64,000 bases of DNA from NCBI RefSeq assembly GCF_009914755.1, contig NC_060932.1, one strand, 5' to 3'. The notes beneath the pieces were generated by a model that saw only the letters and a program-made list of their open reading frames with translations, had not been told where the DNA came from and did not search any database. Source of the stretch: the human T2T-CHM13v2.0 reference genome, Homo sapiens. This document shows, in pieces, positions 51,330 through 64,000 of the stretch. A program made the position numbers and the translations under genes. Each line of letters opens with the position of its first letter. The first letter of the stretch is position 1.

Positions 51330-51930
51330 TATTTAGTCATCCAACAAATATTTACTGAGTGCTTACTACATGTCAGCAATTAGGCCAGATACTGAGGGCA
51401 GAGTGGCAAACAAGGAACCACGTCACTACAATGGAGCACATTGGAAGCTCTGTCAAAAAGAGTAGTGATATGGGAACTCAAAGGTTATACAGTGAATTCA
51501 CACTGAAGAATGAGAATAATATGACTTTTAAGCTGAAACTTAAAAGAACAGGACAGAACCAAAAGAGGGTAGGAGGTAAGAAAGAATATTCCAGGAAGAA
51601 GAAATAATACGAATAAAAGCCAAGAGGCAAGAGAGAATAAAGCATGTTGGAGGAGCTACAAGTCAGTATCACTAGGACAGAGTACAAGGAGAACAGTATG
51701 ATACCACACCTAAGAGATAATTAGAGGCCAGATGAGGCAGGCACACAGGCTGCAGTAAAACATGGACTTTATCTGAAAAACAGTAACAATCAGCTTGAGC
51801 TGAAAGCAACATGATCTAATGAGAAAAATCACAGCTGTATGAAGAATGAACACTAAAGCAGCTAAACCAGGAGACCTGGTCAACAGCTAACCTAGCAATC
51901 CAATGACCGTGGCCTGAACTAGAGTGGCAT
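51330..51930 (-). mobile_element. L2 LINE remnant
   Basis: CATCCAACAAATATTTACTGAGTGCTTACTA terminus with a purine-rich body. Confidence 0.6.
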
Positions 51931-52335
51931 GGTAGCCTTTAGTTGTTACACCCAATATTTCCAGCTCTCTTCATTAAGGAAAGCATTCACTTCAGAGCCC
52001 CCTATGGCTGGGAACATAACTTTGGCCAATGAGTGACTTGTGACTAACTCTGGCCAATGAGCTGTGAGAGGATGTGACATGTGTCACCTTCAGGCCACAG
52101 CACTTAACTGCTAGTGCAAGCTCTTCCAGAGTTAGTTTTCCTGCTAGCACAGAACTCACAAACATTTGAGCTTCCAGCTGCTCTGCCAGCCTGGGTCCTT
52201 GAGTGACTATAACTAGCTAAGACTTCTACCAATCCATGATAAACATGTAGTATGAAGGAGAAACAAGCTTCTGTTGTTTTAAGAAACTGAGATTTTTGGG
52301 ATTGTTACCACAACACAGTTTATCCTACCCTGACT
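51930..52335 (+). mobile_element. MLT1 (H/I/J-like) LTR
   Basis: TGGCCAATGAGCTGTGAG...CTTCTGTTGTTTTAAGAAACTGAGATTTTTGGGATTGTTAC...CCTGACTG. Confidence 0.65.
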
Positions 52336-53019
52336 GTTAGGGAAAACCCTGGCCAACCAAAGAGAAGTAAAACCCTACAAGGGCTCTTCCTGCTGTCGAA
52401 TGGGACCTGTTTGTGGGGAAGATGAAATTCGCTACCCAATACCTGTAGCCTAAACTACAAAATGCAAAGACATTCTTGAGCAGGTCAAAGGCTCAAGTGG
52501 CTTAAGCCTGAGAGTGGCTATGTTAATGTTTAAAACAGTTTTTACATTTTTGTTTATGATGAGTTAATTCTATGTACATTTCATTGGAACGACATATAAA
52601 CCTAATATATATTATAAGAATGACAGGCCTACTTTGATTTTTAAAAAAGCTTTGCTTCCAAATCAGTTATAAAACAGCTTGTAGGATGTGTAAAAAATTA
52701 ACATCAATAAAAATTATTATTGCTACAATTTGAAGTAGCTAAATAATTTCAGCTGTGAATTAAGTTCCACTGACATTGTTTAAAAGATAATAATGTAAGA
52801 GTAAACTAAACCCAAAGCAAGCAGAAGGAAGGAAATAATAAATACTGATGTGGAAATAAAAACAAACAAACAAACAAACAAAAACCAAAACAGAAAAGCC
52901 AATGAAACCAAAGGTTGGTTCTTTGAAAAAAATCAACAAAATTGATGAACCTTTAGCTAGACTCATCAAGAAAAAAGGGAGAAAAGACAAATTCCTAAAA
53001 TCAGAAATGAAAGAGGACA

Positions 53020-53235
53020 CTGGGTGAGGTGGCTCAGGCCTGTAATCCCAGCACTTTGGGAAGCTGAGGCAGGCAGATCACCTGAGGTCAGGAGCTCAAG
53101 ACTAGCCTGGCCAACATGGCAAAACCCTGTCTCTACTAAAAATACAAAAATTAGCTGAGCGTGGTGGCACACACCTGTAATCCCGGCTACTCTGGGGGGC
53201 CTGAGAGACAGAGCAAGACTCCGTCTCAAAAAAAA
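53020..53235 (+). mobile_element. Alu with a large right-arm deletion
   Basis: Jumps from GCTACTCTGGGGG to GCCTGAGAGACAGAGC. Confidence 0.88.
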
Positions 53236-53862
53236 TGAGAGGGGATATCACTACTGACTTTATAGATATCAAAAGGATTATAAGGGAGTACTTTGAAAAA
53301 CCTCAGACAATGTAAATGATGAATGAATAAACTTCTAAAAAGCCACAAAGTACCAAAAGTAACTCAAAAAGAAATAGAAAATCTGAGTAAACTGAAAAGA
53401 AAAAATTCTTACAAAGAGCTTTCCACAAAGGAAAGCTGAAGCCCAAATGGCTTCACCAGTGAATTCTATCAAACATTTTAAAAAATAACAAAGTTTCACA
53501 AACTCTTTCAGAAAATAGGTGAAAAGGGAGCACTTCACAAATCGTTTAAGGAGGCCAGAATTACCCTGAGAGGCACCAGAGAAAAACGAAACTACATACA
53601 CATCAAGTCCCTCAGGAATAGAGATGCAAAAATCCTGACCGAAATACCAGCAAATTGAGTACCACAACAAATAAAAATGATTATACACCATAACCAAGTA
53701 GGATTTATTTCAGGAATAAATGCAAGGTTGTTTGAACATCTAAATATCAATTAATGTTAATATATCATATTAATAGACTAAAGAGTGAGAACATGCTCAT
53801 CTCATTAGATACATAAAAAGCATCAGACAACATCCAGTACCCATTTATGACTAAAAACTCTC

Positions 53863-54594
<732 letters not shown>

Positions 54595-54930
54595 CTAAGA
54601 TCAGGAACAAGGCAAAGGTAGCTACTTTTACTATTCAATGTACAGCCAGTCCAGACAGGCAAGATAAATAAAAATTAAAAAGTTCACACCGGAAAGAAAG
54701 AAAGAAAACTGTTCTTATTCACAGATGACATAATCTTGACATAGAAAATCCTAGGGAAACCACACAAAAAACTACGAGAAATAAAAAACAAGTTCAGTCA
54801 GGTTACAGAATACAAGATCAATGTATTAAAAAAAACTCTTGTTTCTATATACTAGCAATGAACAATTTAAAAAAAAAAATCAAAGAAAACAATTTCATTC
54901 ATAAGTGAGATTGAATCAGAATAAAATAAC

Positions 54931-55060
54931 CGCTGGGTGTAATGACTCACACCTATAATCCCAACACTCTGGGAGGCTGAGGTAGGAAGATTGCTTGAGG
55001 CCAGGAGTTTGAGACCAGCCTGGGCAACAGAGCAAGATCCTGTCTCTACAAAAAATTTGT
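54931..55060 (+). mobile_element. FLAM/Alu monomer
   Basis: Single arm. Confidence 0.82.
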
Positions 55061-56889
55061 AAAAAGCCATCTATTCATTGACTGGAAGATCTAATATTGT
55101 TAAGATGGCAGTTCTTCCCCAAATTGATTTATAGATTCAATTCAATCCCTATGGAAATCCCAGCAGGCTTTTTTGCAAATGTTGATAGATTGACCCTAAA
55201 ATTTATACAGAAAAACTAAAACAATTCTTGAAATAAAAAAGAACTAAGTTGATGGACTTACATTTCTCAGTCTCAAACCTTAATTACAATGCTACAGCAC
55301 TCAAGAGAAATGATACTGGCATAAAGATAAACACAGAAGTCAATGGAACCAAACTAAGACTCCAGAAATAAACTCTTTGATTTATGGTCTACTAATATTC
55401 AACAAGGGCACAATATAATTCAACAGGGGAAAGATCATCATTTCAAAAAATTATGCTGGGACAACTTCATAAGAACACGCAAAAAGATAAATTTTGACTC
55501 TTATGCTAATCCATACACAAAAATCAACTCAAATATACTACAAACCTAAATGCAGGAGCTAAAACTACAAAACTCTTAGAGGAAAACACAGAAAAAAATT
55601 TTCATGACCTGTGTCAGGCAAAGATTTCTTAGATATGACACCAAGAATACAAATGATAAAAGAAAAAAACTGGTAAGGTGGACTTCATCAAAATTAAAAA
55701 CTTTTGTACATACAAAGACACTATTAAGAAGATAAAATGACAAGCACTTGCTTGGAGAAAATATTTGCAAATGTATACCAGATCAAAGAATGGTAGCCAG
55801 AATATATGAAGAATTATTAAATCAATAGAGAGAGGAAATATACCTCAGTTTTTTTTATGGGCAAAAAAAAATTGAATAGACATTTCACCAAGGAATACAC
55901 ATGGTCAATAAGCACATGAAACAATGTTCAACATCATTACTCATTAAGGAAATGCGTATTAAAGCCACAATGATAGAACTTCACAACTATAGAAATAGCT
56001 ATGATTAAAAAAAAAAAACAGAATTTCAAGCGTTAGCAAGGATGAGAAAAAACTAGAACCCTGATACATTGCTGGAGGAAATATAAAATGGTACAGCTAT
56101 TTTAGCAGTTTCTTAACAAGTTAAATATAAATTTGACATATGACCCAGAAATCTACTTCTAGGTCTCTATCCAAAAGAGATAAAAAGATATGTCTACACA
56201 AAGACTTGTACATGAATATTCATACCAACACTATTCAAAACAGCCAAAAAGTGAAAATAATCCAAATAACCGTTTATTGGTGAATGGATAAACAAACTGT
56301 GGTACATATATCCATACTATGGAATACGCTTTACCAATAAAAATGGAATGAAGTACTGATGCATACTACATGGATGGAACTCAAAAATATGCCAAGTGAA
56401 AAAAACAACACACAAAAGACCACTTACTGTACAATTTCATTTATAGGAAATATCCAGAAAAGGCAAATATACAGAGCCAGAAAGCAGATTATTGGTTTTC
56501 CGGGGCAGGGATGGGAAAAGTCACTGCAAATGGGCACATCAGATCTGCTGGGGGTGATGGAAATGTTCTAAAATTGGACTGTAATAACAGCTGCAAAATT
56601 CTGTAAATTTACCAAACATCTTTGAACTGTAAACTTAAAATGAATGAACTGTATGGTATGTAAATTAAACCTAAATAAAGTTTTTTTAAAGAGGTAATAA
56701 CCTAAATTTTAACTACAGCACAAGACTATTAACATCCTAAGAGCTTAAATTCTCTTGTCCCATCCTTTATATTCAACAAAGTGCCTATCAACATGAGTGC
56801 TGAACTGAAAAATGAACTAGCCATAACTAAACGGTTTCCTCCTGAATAATCTGAATAAAAACCAAACAGTCCTAAACAATTTTACTAAC

Positions 56890-57055
56890 CAGAATTTTGT
56901 TTAGAGCCTGACGATCCTCCATGTTCTACCTTTGTTTTCTTCTTCTTTGACGATGATGATGATGACTCAGAAGATGCTGAACGTTTTTCTACTACAGGAG
57001 TAGAAAGAGCTCGTTTTTTGAACAGCTCCCTTTCTCTCAACAGGCTTGGATCCAT
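56890..57055 (-). CDS. GTF2E2: General transcription factor IIE subunit 2 (TFIIE beta), exon 2 coding part, aa 1-55
   Basis: Acceptor TTGTAG|CATT ATG (exon starts 57059); translates [55 protein letters not shown]; donor G|GTTAGT. Confidence 0.97.
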
Positions 57056-57276
57056 AATGCTACAAAGAAAAAATAAGTGTCTTTAATACAAATTCAAGTC
57101 ACTCAAACCTGCACTCCAAATCCACAGATCTCAACAAGTTACTTCCCAAACAAAATTACCTTTTATTATTAGTTCTCTAGCACTTGCATTTATTCACTTA
57201 TTCAAGTACTCAAGAAATATTTCATTAGCGCTTATTACACGCCAAGCACTGTACTAGCCATTATAGGAAAAAAAGA

Positions 57277-57575
57277 GGCCAGGCATAGTGGCTGAAGCAC
57301 TTTGGGAAGCCGAGGTGGGCAGACTGCCTGAGCCCAGGAGTTGGAGACCAGCCTGGACAACATGGTAATACCTCCTGTCTACAAAAATACAAAAAATCAG
57401 GCAGGCATGGTGATGTGTGCTTACAGTCCCAGCTACTCGGGAGGCGGAAGTGGGAGGATCACTTCAGCCTGGAAGGTCAAGGCTGCAGTGAGCTGTGATA
57501 ATGCCACTGCACTCTAGCCTGGGTGACAGACCAAGACCCTTGTTCAAAAAAAAAAAAAAAAAGAAAGAAAGAAAA
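57277..57575 (+). mobile_element. Alu (AluJ-like)
   Basis: Dimer with A-rich tail. Confidence 0.88.
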
Positions 57576-57604
57576 GAAACAGAATTATTCCCTAAAGTTC
57601 CAGA

Positions 57605-58230
57605 ACTGTGCTGTCCAATATATTAGCCACTAGCCACATGTGCCTATTAAACATGTGAAATGTGGCTAGTTAAAATTGAGATGGACTTTCAAGTGTAAAA
57701 ACCCACAAGATTTCAAAGATTTAGTATAAAGAAAAAAACTATTTAATTACTAACGAGATATTTTACATTAATTACATGTTGAAGTGATACTATTTTGAAT
57801 ATACTGGGTTAAATAAAATGTTAAAATTAATTTCACCAATTTTTCTTTTAAAATATGGCTATTAAAAAAAAATTAAGAGACAGTGTCTCACTGTGTTGCC
57901 CAGGCTGGAGTACAGTGGTGTGATCATAGCTCAATGTAGCCTTGAACTCCTGGGCTCAAGCAATCCTCCCACCTCAGCCTCCTGACTAGCTAGTACTACA
58001 GGTACACGCCACCACACACAGTTAATTTTTTTAAAAACTTTTTAGAGACAAGGTCTTGCTATGTTGCCCAGGCTGGTCTTGAACTCCTGGCCTCAAGCAA
58101 TCCTCCTACCTCAGTCTCCCAAAGCACTAGGATTACAAACATGAGCCACTGCACCCAGCCTAGAATATTTTTAATTACACGTGTGGCTCACACTTCCCAC
58201 TCCCATTATATTTCTATTGGACAACACTGC
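57605..58230. mobile_element. MER33/MER3-type hAT element split by an Alu
   Basis: GTGCTGTCCAATA...AGCCACTAGCCACATGTG...TATTGGACAACACTG inverted termini. Confidence 0.75.
57862..58160 (-). mobile_element. Alu (AluJ-like)
   Basis: Antisense dimer inside the MER33-type element. Confidence 0.88.
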
Positions 58231-58414
58231 TGTAGAAACATGACGACTACAGGGCAGAAATTAGAAGAAGGTGGATTTAGGCTCACTGCAAAAAAAGAGA
58301 ACCATCAGAACTGCTTATACATAAAATGGCATATTTTTACAACTGGTGAACTCTCAATTATTAAGTGATGAAGAGGCTGAATTATTATACTATTTGTTAG
58401 AAAAGTCTACAGAG

Positions 58415-58668
58415 AGCCGGGCACAGTGGCTCATGTCTGTAATCCCAGCACTTTGGGAGGCTGAGAGACCAGCCTGGGCAACATAGTGAAACCCTATCTC
58501 TACGAAATTAGCCAGTCATAGTGACACATACGTGTAGTCCGGGCTACTCAGAACGCTGAGACACGAGAACTGTTTGAGTCCAGCAGAGGTTGCAGTAAGC
58601 TGAGATCCCGCCACTGCCCTCCAGCCTGGGGGATACAGCAAAACTCTGTCTCAAAAAAAAAAAAAAAA
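58415..58668 (+). mobile_element. Alu with internal deletions
   Basis: TSD AAAAGTCTACAGA. Confidence 0.88.
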
Positions 58669-59172
58669 GTCTACAGAAAATTTCCAATTTGGAGGGAGGT
58701 GGTTTGAGGCAACTTCTATGTTGTGGTTGTTGTTTGTCTAGTTCTAAAATTACAACTCAAAGCAATTTCACTACAACCAGGGAAGCTACAGGTCAACCAA
58801 CAAGAATTCTAAACACACCTCTCTTCTGAACTCTGCTAGAACCCTACAGAGGGTCTATGAAGACCTCAAGCTGACTATATAAATGAATTTGACACTGTTA
58901 AGACTAGTGTGAGCTGGGAGGAAAAAGACTCATACTTTGAAAGCTTTTAAGCACAGATAGCTCAATAAATATTTGTTAAATGAACAACACATGGAACATC
59001 ATCTTTAAATTGCTCTGGTCCCATTATTACTGGTTTCACAAGCCTTTATTAAATATCTTGTTTGTGAGGCACTGTGCTCTAAGCTTTGAAAGGTTACGGA
59101 AGATAAATCCTTGTCTACATGCTGCTTAGATTTGAGAAAATGGAAGCATTGAGCTAAAAATTTTAAATATAA

Positions 59173-59570
<398 letters not shown>

Positions 59571-59983
59571 TCAGTTTCAATTCCTAAAGCCACCTGGCTA
59601 GGCAACCCACAAGGCCTCTACATTCAATTTCATAAGTGAAATGAGGACGCTATGAAAGCTGTCCACATCCAGCCCAATTGTAAGAATGAGAAAATGTGTA
59701 TGTTATTTTTTAAACAGTAAAGTCATAAAAACGTGTTATTTCAGTATTACTATTTTGAGTTGGATCTGAAAGAAGGGAATGATTTACCGGGCTGAGGAAA
59801 GTAGGAGACAGCCTTGGGAGGAGGGAAAGCGTGGGGCCAAGAAGAAGAAAGGAGAATTGTCAAGTGAGAAGGTGGGAGCAAAAAGTAAATTTCTAGAACA
59901 GGAAACATTTGTGTCTTATTTCACGTTGCAAAGGCAGGACCTCAATCTGGACTTTAAAAAAATTACTCTAAAAGATTTAAATA

Positions 59984-60317
<334 letters not shown>

Positions 60318-61433
60318 CTAAATGCTTACAGTATTTGACCCTCGCAACTCTAGGAGCAAACAGGTATTAGTGTTATTCCTATTTTAATACGTGAAATCTG
60401 AAGTGAAGCTGTCTGGTTAAGGTCGCACAGATGGAAGAGCCAGGGCCAGGAACCAAACCTCCTGACTCCTAACTCAAGTGCTCCTTACACCAGACCTGGA
60501 ACGCTGGTAAAGGCCTTTAAAACAAAGGCCACCTGTGAGGTTCGGGAACGTTCAAAGGCATCTAGAGCAGAAAGCTTCGCAATGTCTGTCTTTCACCATC
60601 ACGTGCTCCGCCTAACTTTTCCTCCTTTTTCAAAGACTACCCAATATGTGTACTAAGTTTTAGATCTCTGGACCCCCCTATGGAGTAAACAGGCTACATC
60701 ACCATGTCCATTTTACAATTAAACAAAACCACAACTCAAGGAGTTGGCTGGTTCCTCCGTGGGCAGACACGGAAAACCCAAAAATTAAACTGAAATCTGC
60801 CTCCAAGCCCACGATTCTTGCCACCATTCGACCTCTTTCAACCTTACTACTTCCCCTCTCTTTCACTTTTACCCAGCCTCGTTAGTGTCCCTGGCACCTC
60901 AGGACCCGGCTATGAAAAGCAGGCTGCTTCGCCCTTAAATGACGGAAGTGGGGAGGTGGGCGAAAAGGGGGCCGCAGCGTTGTTTAGACTGCAGAAATCA
61001 ACTACTATCGTTAAAGTTTAGGGATCATCACAAACCAAATCTCCAAAAGGTAGCCTAGAAAGCAGTCCGCGTATGAGCATCATTTTAAATCACAGTCTTG
61101 AGCTGGCTGGACCCCGCGGCTGCTCAAACTCCACACACGGTTCGCTTGGCTACCGCGCCCGTGAACTTGGAGGCTTGGAAGAGGCACAGTCAGGCGGCAG
61201 ACCGCGAATTTTCCCTCTTTCCAACCCAAAAGTTTGCTCAATGAACCTCTGGCCTAAAGACAATGCTCCGGGGAACGGTTCGCGTGCTGGGTGTTTCGCT
61301 TCGAGAACGGCGGTCCCAGCTTCCCGTGAGGTGGAGGTCACGCTCAGCCTCCCGGGAGGCGGCGGCGCGCCTGCGTCCCAGGGAACAGCAAGCCGGGGCT
61401 CTGCGCCCCACACCCGGCGGCCGCAGCCCCTAC

Positions 61434-61700
61434 CTGAGTGAGAAGGGCAGCCTCGCACGACTCGCCGCCCCCTTCCTGCGCCTCCGCCTCGGCCGGCCGC
61501 CCACGCCGGCACTGCACCCTCTTCCTGCTTCTCGTCAGCGCCCCCGCCTGCCCGCACGCACGCCCAGCGCTGACCCGCCAGGTCGGGGTCTCACCACTGG
61601 CGGTGGCGGCGGCGGCGGCGGCGGCGGCAGCGGCGGTAGCTGAGGCGGCGACTGGACCCGGGACTCCGCCCGCCACTTCCCGATCGGGTGCTAGGAGCTC
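61434..61700 (-). other. GTF2E2: GTF2E2 exon 1 (5' UTR, non-coding); 5' end approximate
   Basis: Lies in the CpG island; donor CTCAG|GTAGGG at 61434/61433; contains the GCC repeat; TSS cannot be fixed from sequence alone. Confidence 0.8.
61599..61640 (-). repeat. GCC/GGC trinucleotide repeat in the GTF2E2 5' UTR (8 pure units, 61605-61628, with imperfect flanks)
   Basis: GGC GGT (GGC)8 AGC GGC GGT AGC on the + strand. Confidence 0.95.
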
Positions 61701-61999
61701 AGTCCCGGCAGCCACCGCGGCGCCAGGGCAGCCAAGCGAGCGCATGCGTCATTGCGTGCCCCGCCTCTGGTGCCGCGGGAGCGGAACTATCCCGCTCTGG
61801 CGTCCTGGGGCCTCCATGACAACGAGGGAAGGGCTGGGGTGGGGCCGAGAAGGGGACTGAAGTGGGAGGCGGCGCCACTGAAGATGGAAGGCAGCTTTCT
61901 TTATAGACACTTTATTAAAACTGCTACAGCCTGCTCCGGCGTGCGCTGGGATGTGGTGAACCCAGCCGACGACGCTATCTTTCAATGGTTACTTTGTGT

Positions 62000-62313
62000 T
62001 TTTTGTCTTTTTCTTATTAGAGACGTGATCTCACTCGGTCACCCAGGCTGGAGGGCAGTGGCGCGATCTCGGCTCACTGCAACCTCCGCTCCTGGGCTCA
62101 AGCCATTCTCCCACCTCAGCCTCCGGAGTAGCTGGGATCACAGGCGAGTGCCACCACGACGGACTATTTTTGGTTATTATTGTTGTTGTTGTTTGTATTA
62201 ATAGGGTCTCACAATGTTGCCCAGGCTGGTCTCGAACTCCTGAATTCAAGCGATTTGCCCGCCTCGTCTTCCCAAAGTGCTGGGATTACAGGCGTGAGCC
62301 ACCGCGCCCGGCC
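62000..62313 (-). mobile_element. Alu (AluJ-like, CpG-retaining) at the edge of the CpG island
   Basis: Antisense dimer; TSD TCAA.GGTTA.TTTGTG. Confidence 0.9.
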
Positions 62314-63052
62314 TCAACGGTTATTTTGTGAGTTTACCCCAGCGCCACACACCAGCACCTGCACACCGAGAACGCGGTTCCAGCTCTTTTACAAGCGAAG
62401 AACAGAGGGCCAGGAAGCTAATTAATAAATGACTTGCTCAAGACAGCACAGCTAGCAAAGGCAGCCTGATGTGGAGCACAGCCCAGCCTCTTCCCTCCAC
62501 CCCTGTGAACTGTCTTAGAAAAGGATTTTGGATTTAGAAGCCAGATAAATGGGTGGAAATAAAGCAGTGGAAAAAATAATTTCATTGCCCGAAACCTGCA
62601 GCGTGGCAGGCCTTCCCTCACTCTTATAACCTAAAGCGGCAGTACAGCCAGTGCTCAGCCATTCTGTGGCTGTCGTTGAATTACTGGTTACTCTTCAAGT
62701 TACTGAAACTGTGGCTCAGTTTTCTCATCGGGGAAATGGGGATAATCATTGTACTACTACAATGAGTTACTTGCATTGGACTGTGGTGAAAATTAAGTGA
62801 GAAAATACCTAAAATTTTATTCAAAACTTGGAAAAAAGTCAAAAGATAATATTTTGTGACTTTTATTAGTTTCATTCTAGAGAATTTTGTAATAAGCCTA
62901 CTTGATCATCTGACACCCACAGGAAATGTAACTTTGTTTGAATAACAATTGATTAGGGCCCAGAAGATTTACAAAAGGATGAAATCAAACATCAATTGGT
63001 AGGAAACTGATGAGGTGTTAGGGGAAAAAGGGGCAGGGAATTCAGTGTGTAT

Positions 63053-63055
<3 letters not shown>

Positions 63056-63095
<40 letters not shown>
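63056..63095. repeat. (GATA)10 tetranucleotide microsatellite
   Basis: Perfect GATA x10. Confidence 0.95.
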
Positions 63096-63096
<1 letters not shown>

Positions 63097-63289
63097 AATT
63101 CCAAAGGTTAAGGTTGCATTTTTCTGAGAAAAATTAACCGGTTTTGTATCAACTGAGCAGTTTTATTTCAGCATTCCTTTCCCCAACGATTATATAAATA
63201 TCATTTTTCAGAACTGGTAGAAATCCGTTTTATGATTCTGCTGGCTCCCTTATTAATGAGTGAGAGACTTATACATATGGACAATGGCT

Positions 63290-63690
63290 AAACCGCATAT
63301 GATAATAACACTCTAACTCACATAAGCCAAACCATAACCTCTACAGCAATCAGCTCAAAATGGTCAGAATTTTCTCAAGAAGGCTGCCAACTTTTCTATT
63401 TTAACCTCTCTGTCCTCAGACACCAGTATCAGCCAGAGAAAGCCAAATATTCTTCCCAAACCAATCCTGTTAAGTTTCCTGCTTCAAGTTAGACAACTTC
63501 CAGCTTCCCCTGCCAACATCCCTAAATCAGAACACATCAGAAGCATCCCTTTTTTCCTCCACTATAAAGCCTCCCCTCTTCCCGATTGCTTTTGAGTCTC
63601 TGCCAAACTCAAGTGTGGTCGCTGCCCCTATTGCTATAGCAAGCTCTGAATAGTCTCTGTTCTCACTTGGCAGGTCTACATTTCTTGCGT
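63290..63690 (+). mobile_element. ERV1-class LTR remnant (MER31/MER67-like)
   Basis: AAACCAATC...CCACTATAAAGC...CTTTGAGTCTCTGCCAAA...TTGCTATAGCAAGCTCTGAATA. Confidence 0.5.
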
Positions 63691-64000
63691 TAAATAAAAC
63701 TTTGACACATATTCACTATCTCTTCCCTTGAGACTTAGAAATCTAACAATTAGAGAATCTTTACAGAATTAAATCTTTCACAAAGAAGGTGCTCAATAAA
63801 CGCTTACAGTGAGTAATTTCATGTCAATATCTTGACTCATTTCAGCCAGTTGAAACAGCTAAGCTACTAATAATATCAGAATGTACTATCTATAATCCAG
63901 ACTCTCAAATCTCAATTGTGTCCCCTTTACCCAGAAGTTAGCTCTTGTTATTAATATCATTGAAACCCTCTCATACAAACCCCAGGAAACCTTATTACAT

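Larger units (their letters stand above)
60900..62000. promoter_or_regulatory. CpG island / GTF2E2 promoter
   Basis: Very high GC and CpG density; NRF1-type GCGCATGCG 61740-61748, GC box CCCCGCCTC about 61759, ETS cores CACTTCC 61674-61680 and CGGAAGT 60943-60949; no TATA box. Confidence 0.9.

Noticed and set aside
61073-62201. Several overlapping 120-150 aa ORFs in the CpG island
   Set aside because: Low-complexity Ala/Gly/Arg/Pro frames are expected from stop-codon scarcity in GC-rich DNA; no recognisable domain

Overview
Human-type (hominoid) genomic DNA, recognised from its proteins as the GTF2E2 locus (chr8p12 from memory). The minus strand carries the 5' part of GTF2E2 (TFIIE beta): a CpG-island promoter, a non-coding exon 1 with a GCC repeat, and coding exons 2-6 (codons 1-214). 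The remaining exons lie off the left end. The three-exon small membrane protein gene SMIM18 is nested antisense (+ strand) inside GTF2E2 intron 2. The rest is intronic and repeat-rich: about 45 Alu/FLAM copies, a truncated L1PA carrying a MER11 solo LTR, old L1M pieces, MST/MLT1 LTRs, hAT and Tigger DNA transposons, and a U5 snRNA retrocopy. I see no convincing wholly new biological system. The best leads are (i) a stop-free, in-frame spliced leader on SMIM18, (ii) a candidate poison or alternative-last exon in GTF2E2 intron 4, (iii) a U5 retrocopy and an Alu stacked at one target site, (iv) an orphan polyadenylated retro-insert, and (v) a minisatellite made of forkhead motifs. Repeat subfamily names and boundaries are by eye and approximate.
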